Source: Vulcanimicrobiales bacterium
Lineage (GTDB): Bacteria; Vulcanimicrobiota; Vulcanimicrobiia; Vulcanimicrobiales; Vulcanimicrobiaceae
Direction: 5' to 3'
Assembly (NCBI GenBank): GCA_038215615.1
Contig: JBBQQR010000003.1
Location: forward strand, 64,001 to 128,000
DNA: 64,000 bases
Shown: piece after piece, positions 19,067 to 28,467 of the stretch
Layout of the letters: the number at the start of each line of letters is the position of its first letter
How positions within the stretch are numbered: the stretch's first letter is position 1
Program-made: the position numbers and the translations under genes
The notes under the pieces: generated by a model
The model's input: the letters and a program-made list of their open reading frames with translations, nothing else
Databases searched by the model: none
Told to the model about the DNA's origin: nothing

Positions 19067-20149
19067 CTAACGCGTCACCCGATACCGGGCGACCATACCG
19101 CCCTGCAAATGGAAATTGACGTGGCAATGAAAAAGCCATATGCCCGGATTGTCGGGCACCATGTCCGCAACCGCCATGCCCGCGGGCAGCACTTGGACGG
19201 CGTCGGTGCGCATGCCGTTGCTCGAGGCATCGTTTCCGTGCCAGTGAATCACGTGAATGTCAAACGCGTCGCTGGCGTCGGCCATCAGATACCAGCGCAC
19301 GTGCTGGCCTACGCGCAGCTCCGGCATCGGCATCGTGCCGTAGACAAAGCCGTTGATGCTCGGGATCTCATTGGTCGGATAATACGGGCCGAACGGATTG
19401 AATTGATCCTGCGGAGATATCTGTGAGGGGTTTTTAACGCGTTTGAAATTTTGCGGCATATACGGACTTTGATTTTCGTCGTCGAGCGCAAACATCGCAA
19501 AGACTTCGCGATCGACATCCTTAGGCGAGCCGTCCGCGCGCGCCATGCCCTTGCGTGTAATGACCATCGGCCCGATGAGTCCGGCGCTGATGCCGGCGAC
19601 TTCATCCACGTGCGCGTGATACATCCACAAGACTGAACTCTGATCCATGCGGTCGGGCCCGGCGCGTGCGGGTACTCGCCACACGTAGCGGAACGTCGCG
19701 CCCGGCGCGACTGAGTCGCCGCCCTTTTTTGCCGCGCTCACGCCATCTTGGTATGGCGCGCCTTCGGAGGCCTTATCGTAGAAGACGCCGTGCGCATGGA
19801 TACTCTGCGGGAAGTGCGTGTCGTTCTTGAAGTACACGAGGATCGTATCGCCGACTTCGGCGCGAATCACCGGCCCAAGGATGCCGAAGTACGACGGCTT
19901 GGCTACCGGCTTCGTGAACGCGCGGTCGGCGTACTGAAAGTACAGCGCCTTCGTGTACGTCCAGCCGACGGGATCGTTGGGGAACGGTTTTACGGCGGGG
20001 CGGCCGGTAAGCTTATTGATGCCGCCGGGCGCGTAATTCCACTGCACTTCCTGCGCCGCAATGTAATAAGTGCGGGTCCGCGCAGCGGCGGGAGCGACCG
20101 CCAAACAAAAGACCGCGGCCGTACATACGGCCAGACCGACGTATTTCAA
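19067..20149 (-). CDS. Secreted two-domain multicopper oxidase, ceruloplasmin/hephaestin-like
   Basis: TTG start after SD AGGAGG; signal peptide; YYIAAQEVQWNYAP, ILGPVIRAEVGD, HAH, WMYHAH, HVIHWH, HCHVNFHLQGGM. Confidence 0.88.
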   Translation of the reverse strand: MKYVGLAVCTAAVFCLAVAPAAARTRTYYIAAQEVQWNYAPGGINKLTGRPAVKPFPNDPVGWTYTKALYFQYADRAFTKPVAKPSYFGILGPVIRAEVGDTILVYFKNDTHFPQSIHAHGVFYDKASEGAPYQDGVSAAKKGGDSVAPGATFRYVWRVPARAGPDRMDQSSVLWMYHAHVDEVAGISAGLIGPMVITRKGMARADGSPKDVDREVFAMFALDDENQSPYMPQNFKRVKNPSQISPQDQFNPFGPYYPTNEIPSINGFVYGTMPMPELRVGQHVRWYLMADASDAFDIHVIHWHGNDASSNGMRTDAVQVLPAGMAVADMVPDNPGIWLFHCHVNFHLQGGMVARYRVTR

Positions 20150-20254
20150 GGTTCCCTCCTGCGAAGCGAGCAACGGTTCGATAGACTTGTCCATCGAAGG
20201 CGCGCTCGCCTTGAGTACCCTTAACGGGCGAGAGGATTCTCGCTTGCGCGGCTT

Positions 20255-21220
20255 CTAGGGAAAGGGCAGAGGCGTCGACGACGGCGAGGGCAACGGTGCG
20301 CCGCCGCAGAGCGTACGCATGGATTGCTGCGCTCCCGTATCGGTGTAGCTCGACGGATGCAGATACGAGAGTACGAACGTGCCGTCCATGCCTTGCGCGG
20401 CCGCCACGGTATATGTCATGCCGAAGCCCGGCGGAACGGTGAACTGCGCCGTGGCCAGTAAACCAGGCGTTCCACAAAACTTCAGTTTTTGAACCGCCGC
20501 GCGATATTTCACTGAATGCTGCGTGCCGGACGTCGTCGTCGGCGCCATCTGCTCGGCCGACATAAGATCGGGAATTCCGCGTGCTTTCAGCATCGTCATG
20601 ATCTGCAATGGCGCGTTTCCGAGCCAAATGCCGCCCAGTTCGAAGTCTAAACCCTTCTGCACGGCGTTCCACCCGGACGGCGGAGTCGCGTCGGGTAGCC
20701 CGCCGGTGGGCAATGGACACGCGGAACGCAGCGCCGATTCGATTCCGGGTTCGGGTTTGCCCGTTGTGCGCACGTAAATCGTCGCATACGTCAAACCGCG
20801 CTGCGAGAGCGTCGTCGTCTCGATGATCGCCGGCCTCTTGCCGCCAAGATTCACCGTCGAAACGCTGGCCGTTGCCCCGCAGATCTTCGCGGGAGCTGTC
20901 GCCGTCTTGATTTTGGTCTTCGAATTCGCGAGCGCGCTTCGCAGCTGAACCAAGAGAGCGCCGACGATGCCCGATGGAATCGGAAGCACGGCTTGCCCGA
21001 AAATTCCCCCGCTGCCCTTGCCTTTTTTCGGACCTTGCCAGAGATTTTTGATCTCCGTGAGCGTAAATCCGCGCGGCATTTGCACCCAATCGGACGGCGC
21101 GGTAAAAGGCGCCGGCGCAGAGGTGGGGGCCGGTGAGGGTGCGGGCGTGGACTGCGCAGACGACGGAAGTGCGTTGCTCAGCATCAATGCGCCGATTAAG
21201 AGTGCGTATAAGCTCCTCAT
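20255..21220 (-). CDS. Secreted hypothetical protein with two tandem Cys-containing domains
   Basis: Signal peptide, Pro-rich linker, internal duplication (APSDW..LWQG..KICG..LRSAC / PPSGW..IWLG..KFCG..MRTLC). Confidence 0.7.
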   Translation of the reverse strand: MRSLYALLIGALMLSNALPSSAQSTPAPSPAPTSAPAPFTAPSDWVQMPRGFTLTEIKNLWQGPKKGKGSGGIFGQAVLPIPSGIVGALLVQLRSALANSKTKIKTATAPAKICGATASVSTVNLGGKRPAIIETTTLSQRGLTYATIYVRTTGKPEPGIESALRSACPLPTGGLPDATPPSGWNAVQKGLDFELGGIWLGNAPLQIMTMLKARGIPDLMSAEQMAPTTTSGTQHSVKYRAAVQKLKFCGTPGLLATAQFTVPPGFGMTYTVAAAQGMDGTFVLSYLHPSSYTDTGAQQSMRTLCGGAPLPSPSSTPLPFP

Positions 21221-21239
21221 GCTGAAGTGGCTCCCTCTC

Positions 21240-22430
21240 TTAGATTAAGCCGACCTCATTCCCGACGCCGGCAAATGCCGCCAAGGCGCGATCCATCTCG
21301 TCCTTGGTAAGCTTGGCGCTGATTTGCACGCGAATGCGGGCCGTGCCTTCGGGCACGATGGGGAAGCCGAATCCCGTCACAAAGACGCCCCGCTTCAATA
21401 GCCGGTCGCTCATCGCGATCGCGAAGGCGGTCTCCCCGACGATGATCGGAACGATCGCGCTCTCACCTTCGAGCGGCTTGAACCCAAGCGTCATCAGGCG
21501 CTCGCGAAAATACCGCGTATTATCGCGCAGTCGATCGACCAATTCGGGATGCGCGTCGAGATAATCGATGGCCTCAAGCGAGCTGCACGCTACGGTCGCC
21601 GGCAACGCATTTGAAAAAAGTTGCGGCCGCGACTTCTGAATCAGCATATCGACGAGCGCCGCGCTGCCTGCAACAAATCCGCCTGCGGCCCCGCCCAACG
21701 CTTTGCCGAGCGTACCCGTGATGATGTCGACTTGGCCATCCAAACCGAAATGCTCGATCGTGCCGCGTCCGGTCTTTCCCATGACGCCGGTGCCGTGCGA
21801 ATCGTCAACCACGGTGACCGCGCCATATTTCTTTGCGAGCTCTACGATCTGCGGGAGCTTTGCGAGGCTGCCTTCCATCGAAAACACCCCGTCCGTAACA
21901 ACGAGGACGGGCGCCGAGCCCTGCACGACTTTGAGTTTCTCTTCCAGATCGCCCATGTCGCTGTGTTTGTAGCGCTCGCGCCGCGATTTGGAAGCAAGCC
22001 GGCAGCCGTCGATGATCGACGCGTGGTTCAACTCATCGGAAATGATCGCCGAGCCGGTATCGCAGATCGTCGGAAAGAGTCCGGTATTAGCGTTCCAGCA
22101 TGAAACATACGTAAGCGATGCTTCCGTCCGCAGAAACTCCGCGATGCGATCTTCGATCTGCCGGTGGATATCGAAAGTGCCGCAAATAAAACGCACCGAC
22201 GCCGTGCCGGCGCCATACTTGTCTAAGCCGCGTTTGCCCGCTTCAATTACCGCGGCTTCGTCGGATAAGCCGAGGTAGTTGTTGCTGGAAAGAACGATGA
22301 CGTCGCCCGCTTCTTCCATGTGCACTTCGGGAGCCATCGGCGTGGTCAGGTGGCGCAGCGTCTTATACGTGCCGGCGGCCTTCAGTTTTTCAAGCTCACT
22401 TTGAAGACTCTGTTCGAATGCCGCGTTCAC
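21240..22430 (-). CDS. kbl: Glycine C-acetyltransferase (2-amino-3-ketobutyrate CoA ligase)
   Basis: SSNNYLGL, SVRFICGT, DELNHASIIDG, TLGKALGG, ARIRVQIS; coupled to tdh. Confidence 0.93.
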   Translation of the reverse strand: MNAAFEQSLQSELEKLKAAGTYKTLRHLTTPMAPEVHMEEAGDVIVLSSNNYLGLSDEAAVIEAGKRGLDKYGAGTASVRFICGTFDIHRQIEDRIAEFLRTEASLTYVSCWNANTGLFPTICDTGSAIISDELNHASIIDGCRLASKSRRERYKHSDMGDLEEKLKVVQGSAPVLVVTDGVFSMEGSLAKLPQIVELAKKYGAVTVVDDSHGTGVMGKTGRGTIEHFGLDGQVDIITGTLGKALGGAAGGFVAGSAALVDMLIQKSRPQLFSNALPATVACSSLEAIDYLDAHPELVDRLRDNTRYFRERLMTLGFKPLEGESAIVPIIVGETAFAIAMSDRLLKRGVFVTGFGFPIVPEGTARIRVQISAKLTKDEMDRALAAFAGVGNEVGLI

Positions 22431-23467
22431 GCGATTCCTTTCAGATCAAGGACGATCTTCGCAGCCTCGCCGCTGCGCATCAAATCAAATCCGCGTTCGA
22501 ATTCTTCAAACGGCAGCACGTGCGTAATGATCGGCTTGAGATCCACCCGGCCGCTGCGCACAAGCTCCTCGGTTTGATACCACGTTTCGAACATGCGCCG
22601 CCCGTTGATGCCCAGCAGCGTCAGGCCTTTGAAAATCACGCGGTTCGCCAGGTCGATAGTAATGGGGTCCGATGGAAGACCCAGGAGCGCGACGCATCCG
22701 GCCTTCCGCACGGCTTGCAGCCCCATATCGAGGGCCTGCGCGCTGCCGGACATCTCCAGCAGCACGTCGGCGCCGTCGCCGCGCGTGCGCGCACGAATTT
22801 TTTCTACGATCTCCGGATCCTTCGCGTCGAACGTTTCGTCCGCGCCTAATTTCTTTGCCAGCGCGAGCTTGGCCGGATTGACGTCGACGGCAAATACCGC
22901 CGACGCGCCCGCCGCGCGCGCGACCGGAATCGCCATGAGCCCGATCGACCCCACGCCGGTAATCAGCACCGATTTCACGCTAACGCCGGCCGCCATAACC
23001 GTATGCACGGCATTGCCGAGCGGATCGAAGACGGCGGCAAATTCGTCCGGAATTGCCGGATCGAGTTTCCAGACGTTGCTTTCGGGCATCGCGATATATT
23101 CAGCGAACGCACCGTCGCGATCGACGCCGATAATCTTCAAGTTTTCGCAGAGATGCGCTTGCCCGGTGCGGCACAAAAAACAGGTGCCGTCGGCAATGTG
23201 TCCCTCGGCCGACACGCGGTCGCCTTTTGAAACCATCCGCACCGCGCTGCCGGCATCCGCGACGCGCCCCATAAACTCGTGGCCCATCACCAGTGGCGGT
23301 TTTATCCGGCTCTGCGCCCATTTGTCCCAAGAAAAAATGTGGAAGTCGCTGCCGCAAATCCCGGCCTTCTCTACCCGGATGAGGACGTCGGAAGGCCCCA
23401 GCACGGGAACCGGAACGTCACGAATTTCAAACCCCGGCTTGGGCGCCGTCTTGCAGAGCGCGCGCAT
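22427..23467 (-). CDS. tdh: L-threonine 3-dehydrogenase
   Basis: GICGSDFHI, GHEF, SAEGH, DPLGNAVHT, INGRRMFETW; start moved to MRALCK. Confidence 0.93.
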   Translation of the reverse strand: MRALCKTAPKPGFEIRDVPVPVLGPSDVLIRVEKAGICGSDFHIFSWDKWAQSRIKPPLVMGHEFMGRVADAGSAVRMVSKGDRVSAEGHIADGTCFLCRTGQAHLCENLKIIGVDRDGAFAEYIAMPESNVWKLDPAIPDEFAAVFDPLGNAVHTVMAAGVSVKSVLITGVGSIGLMAIPVARAAGASAVFAVDVNPAKLALAKKLGADETFDAKDPEIVEKIRARTRGDGADVLLEMSGSAQALDMGLQAVRKAGCVALLGLPSDPITIDLANRVIFKGLTLLGINGRRMFETWYQTEELVRSGRVDLKPIITHVLPFEEFERGFDLMRSGEAAKIVLDLKGIA

Positions 23468-23554
23468 GAAGGCCATCCTATTCGCAAGCGCGATAGGATT
23501 ACATCCCTTGCTTACCCAAGCGCCCTTCGAGCAAGCGCTGCCTGTCGCGAACCG

Positions 23555-23848
23555 ATGGACGATACAGAAAAAACCAATAAAATCGAAGCGATTTACGATT
23601 TGCGAGAAGCCGTAGAGCATAAGGTCAACGCCGAGAACGAGCTCGAGGCACGACCTTCGGCGGAAAATCGCGACGCGTTGCTCGATGCCCAGCTCGCGGT
23701 CGAAGCGAAGACGCAAGACGCAATCGAGTCCTGCCTTGAATGCGGAACCTGTCATGCTGCTCAAGAGCCGCACCGCGGGGTCGTCGAGCGCGACGGAAAC
23801 GTCCTAGGCGTAAATTTTAACGACGCGCCGCAGAAGAACGGCGACTAA
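23555..23848 (+). CDS. Hypothetical small protein with a CxxCxxCH motif
   Basis: MDDTEK start fills the gap between tdh and the anti-sigma gene; helical hairpin followed by CLECGTCH. Confidence 0.6.
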   Translation: MDDTEKTNKIEAIYDLREAVEHKVNAENELEARPSAENRDALLDAQLAVEAKTQDAIESCLECGTCHAAQEPHRGVVERDGNVLGVNFNDAPQKNGD

Positions 23849-24267
23849 GCGCGTCTGCGCTCTCCACACGAGCTGCCGGCCGGCAGGCGCTTGCACAGCC
23901 GTAAGCGTGTCCCATGCTCGCTGTACTCCATTTCGTCCATGAGTTCTCGCATGATGAACGTGCCGTACCCGCGCGCGGCACTTGACATCGGCTGAACGTA
24001 ATCGGATGCGTTCCACCGCGCGAAACCGGCCCCGCTGTCTTTGACCTCAACGACCAGTTCCCGGCCATCGCACTTGCAGTAAATTTCGATCGCCGTGCCG
24101 TTCGTGTGCCCGTGTTCGGCGGAATTCGAGAGCGCTTCGCCGACAGCATACTCGATGTCGCCCAAATCCTCGCCCGAAAACCACCGCTGGGCAAAATCCA
24201 CCACGGCGCGCCGGGCCGGCCCGACGCACTCGTACGCGCTGGGAAAATGCTTCCGGTACTCCGCCAT
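23845..24267 (-). CDS. RsbW/SpoIIAB-like anti-sigma factor (HATPase_c)
   Basis: VGEALSNSAEHG, VKDSGAGF, RGYGTFIMRELMD. Confidence 0.88.
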   Translation of the reverse strand: MAEYRKHFPSAYECVGPARRAVVDFAQRWFSGEDLGDIEYAVGEALSNSAEHGHTNGTAIEIYCKCDGRELVVEVKDSGAGFARWNASDYVQPMSSAARGYGTFIMRELMDEMEYSEHGTRLRLCKRLPAGSSCGERRRA

Positions 24268-24339
24268 GCCGGGTAAAGAATTCCCGGGGGACCCGCCCAC
24301 CTAAACCTGCGAAGCCCGGGAATCTTGGGGGATAGCGCC

Positions 24340-25149
24340 CTAGCGGTTTGTCTCTTTCACCTTCATGTGCGTGATTGGAATGTAACCGAGTTTTTCGAGC
24401 ACGGCTTGGTTCGAGGCGATAAAGCGAATGAAGTTCTCGATCTCGGCCGTCGGCTTGCCTTTGGTAAAAATGTGCTCGTACGACCAGATGGGATACTTGC
24501 CGTTTACAATGGCCGCTTCGTTCGGCGCAACGCCGTTGATCTTCAGCACCGTGATCGGGTGATTGCATGTGTAGCCCACGGCCACGTAGGAAACGGAACC
24601 CGGCGTCGCACCGACGGTCGTGACCACGGTCCCCGAACTGTCCACCGTTAAGCCCGATTCGTTGATCTTCGAGACGCCCATGATCGTCGCGTTGAAGACC
24701 GCCCGCGTCCCCGACGCATGCGGCCGGTTGATGAGCACTATCCCTTGATTGGCGCCACCCACATCCTTCCAATTCGTGACGCGACCGGAAAAAATACCGC
24801 GTATTTGGCTGGCCGTCAGATTCGTAACGTGCGCGGACGGATTAGCGATGACGGCGAATCCGACGACGGCGACTCTGTGATCGGTCAAGCCCGAATTCCC
24901 CGGTGCGATGACGTCGGAATCGCCAAGCGATGCGATGCCCGACTGGGCTTGCGCGATCCCCTGATAAGATCCGCCTCCTGAAACGGAGATGCGCACGTCG
25001 CCGTGCTGCTCCTGATACTGCGTCGCAGATTCCTTGACGAGCGGCAGCAGCGCGGTCGAACCGACCGCCGTGATTTGCGTTTCAGCAAACGCGCTCGCCG
25101 GAAAGGCCACGACAATCAGAGCGATCGCCGTCAGCAGCCGTTTGAACAT
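24340..25149 (-). CDS. pstS: Phosphate ABC transporter substrate-binding protein
   Basis: Signal peptide (AFA), GSTALLPLV, GGGS, SGTRAVF, YPIWSYEH. Confidence 0.93.
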   Translation of the reverse strand: MFKRLLTAIALIVVAFPASAFAETQITAVGSTALLPLVKESATQYQEQHGDVRISVSGGGSYQGIAQAQSGIASLGDSDVIAPGNSGLTDHRVAVVGFAVIANPSAHVTNLTASQIRGIFSGRVTNWKDVGGANQGIVLINRPHASGTRAVFNATIMGVSKINESGLTVDSSGTVVTTVGATPGSVSYVAVGYTCNHPITVLKINGVAPNEAAIVNGKYPIWSYEHIFTKGKPTAEIENFIRFIASNQAVLEKLGYIPITHMKVKETNR

Positions 25150-25168
25150 GTTGCGCTTCTCCTTTCAT

Positions 25169-26698
25169 TTAGAAGTCGTATTCGAGTTGGGTGCGGTTGT
25201 ATTTGAACAGCGGCGTGCCGCCGAACAATTGTGTGTTGCTCTGCGTGCGTTCCGCATAGCGGTGGCGCAGTGAGAATCCATGGTACGCGCCGATCCCGGG
25301 CTTGCGGAAAAACCACGTGCCGTCGAGATCGGTCTCTTGCGTCGGCGAGAGACCCGCGCTCGCCAATCCGTAGCTGTAAAACCCGCGGCTGGCAATAAAC
25401 TTGAAACGCTTGTCGTTGGTCTGCCACGTCGCGCTGAGCTTCCAAGCCGATCCCGGGCTGCGGCGGTCCGCCATGCCTTGGCTGATGCTCGTCGTGAAGA
25501 GCGGATCGGTGGCGTACGAATCCGTGTACGGGCTCGCCCAGCCGCCGTAGTACACCGTCGCGCTGCCGTCGGCGTTGGCGATACAGTTCGTCGTGCCGCC
25601 CGAGGGCAAGAAGTAAGGAAACGTAACGCCGGCGCCGGTCTTGATCTGGTTGTTGGAGCCGCAGCTGACACCTGCGGGAAGCGTCAGCGTATCGCTGCGC
25701 TGCGGTGCGGCGTCGTAGGAGACGGCAAGGTCGAGGTTGCGCAGGGGCGTGATGCCGGCTTGGATGCCGAAGATCCGGCTGCGAATTTTGCCGATGACGG
25801 CTCGGCCCGAATCATTTTCCGATCCGGCCTGAATCGCAACGAACGGCTTGTGCGGATTGGCCCAGGCGTATTTCGCATCGAACCACAGTGCACTGGCGAT
25901 ATCGGCAAAGCCGTAAAAGTGCACATTCGCGCTGAGGTTGCCGGCCGCAAAACCAAGGTGCGCATATCCGAATCCGGACGTCGCGATCGACGTGCCGCGG
26001 GGCGTAAAGATATTGGCCGCGACTCCGGGTGCATCCGCCGGATGGCTCGTGAGTAACGTCGCGTTATCGAAAGCCGAGCTGGCGCGGCCTTCGAAGCGCG
26101 GCATGAAAAGCGCCTCAGCGGTCCACCGCGCGCTGAATTTGTAAGCGCCGTACAATCCCTGAAACGCGACCGGTTTCAGCCGCGAATCCGAGGGGTTGGC
26201 CCAAGGCGTAACGATCACTTGGTTGCCCAACCGCAGCGTGGCGCGGGGATCCTTATACTGAAGGTATGCCTCGTACAGCGTGCTCATCGCGAAACCGGGA
26301 AGCGTATCGTCGGGATTGACCGGTTCGCTGCCGTCGGCGATAAACGTATGTCGGCCGCATGGCGTCGAGAGATGCGACGCAGCTTGTATGCAGGCTCCGG
26401 GGTTTGCGTATAAATACATGGCCGCGAACGAGAGCGGACCGTTGTTAAAACGGTAGGCACCGCGCAAACTCACGGCCGTATTGACCGAGGCCTGATTCAT
26501 CGCTTTAAACGTTTGCGCGAACCCACTGGCGTTCTGGCGCGTAAAATCATAGGAGCGAACAAAACCGCCGAAAGTAAACGGCGGCGGTTTGGGAGAGGGT
26601 TTGATTTTCGGCGGGCTATCTGCCGATGCGCTCGCAAGGGCGGTCGCGGCCAGCGCCAAGGTCGAGCCGGCTAGAAGCATGCATCTGGAAAATCGCAT
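25169..26698 (-). CDS. Outer-membrane beta-barrel porin, OprD-like, probably phosphate-regulated
   Basis: Signal peptide, LYEAYLQY..LRLGNQVIVTPW..DSR, amphipathic strands, C-terminal TQLEYDF aromatic signature. Confidence 0.75.
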   Translation of the reverse strand: MRFSRCMLLAGSTLALAATALASASADSPPKIKPSPKPPPFTFGGFVRSYDFTRQNASGFAQTFKAMNQASVNTAVSLRGAYRFNNGPLSFAAMYLYANPGACIQAASHLSTPCGRHTFIADGSEPVNPDDTLPGFAMSTLYEAYLQYKDPRATLRLGNQVIVTPWANPSDSRLKPVAFQGLYGAYKFSARWTAEALFMPRFEGRASSAFDNATLLTSHPADAPGVAANIFTPRGTSIATSGFGYAHLGFAAGNLSANVHFYGFADIASALWFDAKYAWANPHKPFVAIQAGSENDSGRAVIGKIRSRIFGIQAGITPLRNLDLAVSYDAAPQRSDTLTLPAGVSCGSNNQIKTGAGVTFPYFLPSGGTTNCIANADGSATVYYGGWASPYTDSYATDPLFTTSISQGMADRRSPGSAWKLSATWQTNDKRFKFIASRGFYSYGLASAGLSPTQETDLDGTWFFRKPGIGAYHGFSLRHRYAERTQSNTQLFGGTPLFKYNRTQLEYDF

Positions 26699-26704
26699 GT
26701 TTCC

Positions 26705-26760
26705 ATCGTAGCGGCGCTGTATTAAGGCGCCTTTATATTTATCTTAAGGTTGGATTTAAC
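26705..26760 (-). promoter_or_regulatory. Candidate Pho-box array plus -10 (TACGAT) for porin-pstS
   Basis: ttaagg/ttatat/ttaagg/tttaac at 26722, 26733, 26744, 26755 (11-bp period). Confidence 0.7.
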
Positions 26761-27565
26761 CGTATCGGCCCGTTATATAATCCTCAGTCCGTTTGTCGGT
26801 GGGCTTGAAGAAAATGTCGCGGGTTTTGCCCGTTTCGATCAGCTGCCCCATGAGAAAGAACGCCGTGTAGTCGGAGATGCGCGCCGCCTGCTGCATAGAG
26901 TGCGTAACGATGACGACGGTATAATCTTTCTTCAAATCGCCGATGAGGTCTTCGATTTTGCTGGTCGCAATCGGGTCGAGAGCGGATGCCGGCTCGTCCA
27001 TCACGATGACCTCGGGTTCCACCGCGAGCACGCGTGCGATGCAGAGGCGCTGCTGCTGTCCACCCGAGAGTGCAAGGGCTGAGAGGTTGAGGCGATCCTT
27101 CACCTCGTCCCAAAGCGCCGCGTGGCGCAGGCTGCGTTCGGCCAACTCCATCAGCCGTTTCCGCCCGCGGATACCATGGATGCGCAAGCCGTAGACGACG
27201 TTTTCGAAAATCGATTTCGGAAACGGATTCGGGCGTTGGAACACCATGCCTATGCGATGGCGGATAGAAACGGGATCGATGTCCTTAGCGTAGATGTTCT
27301 CGCCGTCAAGAATCACCGCGCCCTCGACGCGCACGCCCGGCGTTAGGTCGTGCATCCGGTTGAGCGCGCGCACGAACGTCGACTTCCCGCACCCCGACGG
27401 CCCGATCAGCGCCGTAACACGATTTTCGCGCACGTTGAGTGACGCGTGGTTGATCGCTTGGACGGACCCGTAATAGACACTCAAGTCTTCCACGCGCAGT
27501 TTGGGCGCGGTTTCGGGAAGCGTTTCTCCCCCTGTCCCGGGGCGCATGCTTATCATCGCATTCAC
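26756..27565 (-). CDS. pstB: Phosphate ABC transporter ATP-binding protein
   Basis: [50 protein letters not shown]. Confidence 0.97.
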   Translation of the reverse strand: MNAMISMRPGTGGETLPETAPKLRVEDLSVYYGSVQAINHASLNVRENRVTALIGPSGCGKSTFVRALNRMHDLTPGVRVEGAVILDGENIYAKDIDPVSIRHRIGMVFQRPNPFPKSIFENVVYGLRIHGIRGRKRLMELAERSLRHAALWDEVKDRLNLSALALSGGQQQRLCIARVLAVEPEVIVMDEPASALDPIATSKIEDLIGDLKKDYTVVIVTHSMQQAARISDYTAFFLMGQLIETGKTRDIFFKPTDKRTEDYITGRYG

Positions 27566-28467
27566 TTTCCCATGAACCGTTTGCTCAGGCCAAATCCAAT
27601 CAGACGCGCGCTCATATTGAAGAGAAGCACCATTACGAGCAAGACGAGCGCCGATCCGTTTCCGACGCGGGCAGCATCAGGCACCAAGCTTTCAGAATGC
27701 GTGTACCAGAGGTGCACCGAGAGAGTCTCCGCCTGGTGAAATAAGCCGAGGTCATAGGCCGATCGTCCGGCCGAGACGCTGACACCAGCTGTGAAAATCA
27801 GGGCGGCGGTCTCGCCGAAGATGCGCCCGGCAATGAGAACGATTCCCGTCGTGAGCGGCGCGATCGCGCTGGGCAGCACGACTTTCCTAATCGTTTGCCA
27901 CTTGGTGGCGCCCAGCGACATCGACGCTTCGCGTAGCGCTCCGGGCACCGAAGCCAGCGCCTCTTGCGTCACGCGCATGAGCGCCGGCAGATTCAGCAGC
28001 GTCAGCGTCAGTGCGCCGCCGATCGCCGTAAACTTCCAGTGGAACATGGTCACGAAGACGAGCAGTCCGAAGAGGCCCATGACGATCGAGGGAACAGTCG
28101 CCAGCGATTCGGCGCAGAACTGCACGAGCGACGTAAAAAGACCGGGCCGCGCGTACTCTTGGAGATAAATTCCGCCCGCCATCGCGATCGGTGTCGTAAA
28201 GACCAGCGTCAGAATCAAGATGTAGAACGAATTGAAGATTTCGGGTCCGATGCCGCCACCGGCTGAAACTTCGCTCGGCGGCGAGGTAAGGAAGTGCCAC
28301 GAGATCACCGGTAGCCCCAAATAAAAGATGTAGCCGACGAAAAACGCCAGCAGCACGATGATCGAAAGCGCAGCTGCCCAAAGTACGCCTGTCATGAAGG
28401 CATTGGCCGCGCGACGTCGCGCCGTCGTGCTCGCCCGTGCCTGGAAGGTCGTCGCCACGGTTGCCAT
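27562..28467 (-). CDS. pstA: Phosphate ABC transporter permease
   Basis: [42 protein letters not shown]. Confidence 0.95.
   Translation of the reverse strand: MATVATTFQARASTTARRRAANAFMTGVLWAAALSIIVLLAFFVGYIFYLGLPVISWHFLTSPPSEVSAGGGIGPEIFNSFYILILTLVFTTPIAMAGGIYLQEYARPGLFTSLVQFCAESLATVPSIVMGLFGLLVFVTMFHWKFTAIGGALTLTLLNLPALMRVTQEALASVPGALREASMSLGATKWQTIRKVVLPSAIAPLTTGIVLIAGRIFGETAALIFTAGVSVSAGRSAYDLGLFHQAETLSVHLWYTHSESLVPDAARVGNGSALVLLVMVLLFNMSARLIGFGLSKRFMGK

Noticed and set aside
23468..23773. Long N-terminal extensions of tdh (and likewise gdh, phoB, fbaB, add and the HAMP kinase) in the ORF track
   Set aside because: They overlap neighbouring genes or tRNA and precede the family-typical N-termini; downstream starts fit better
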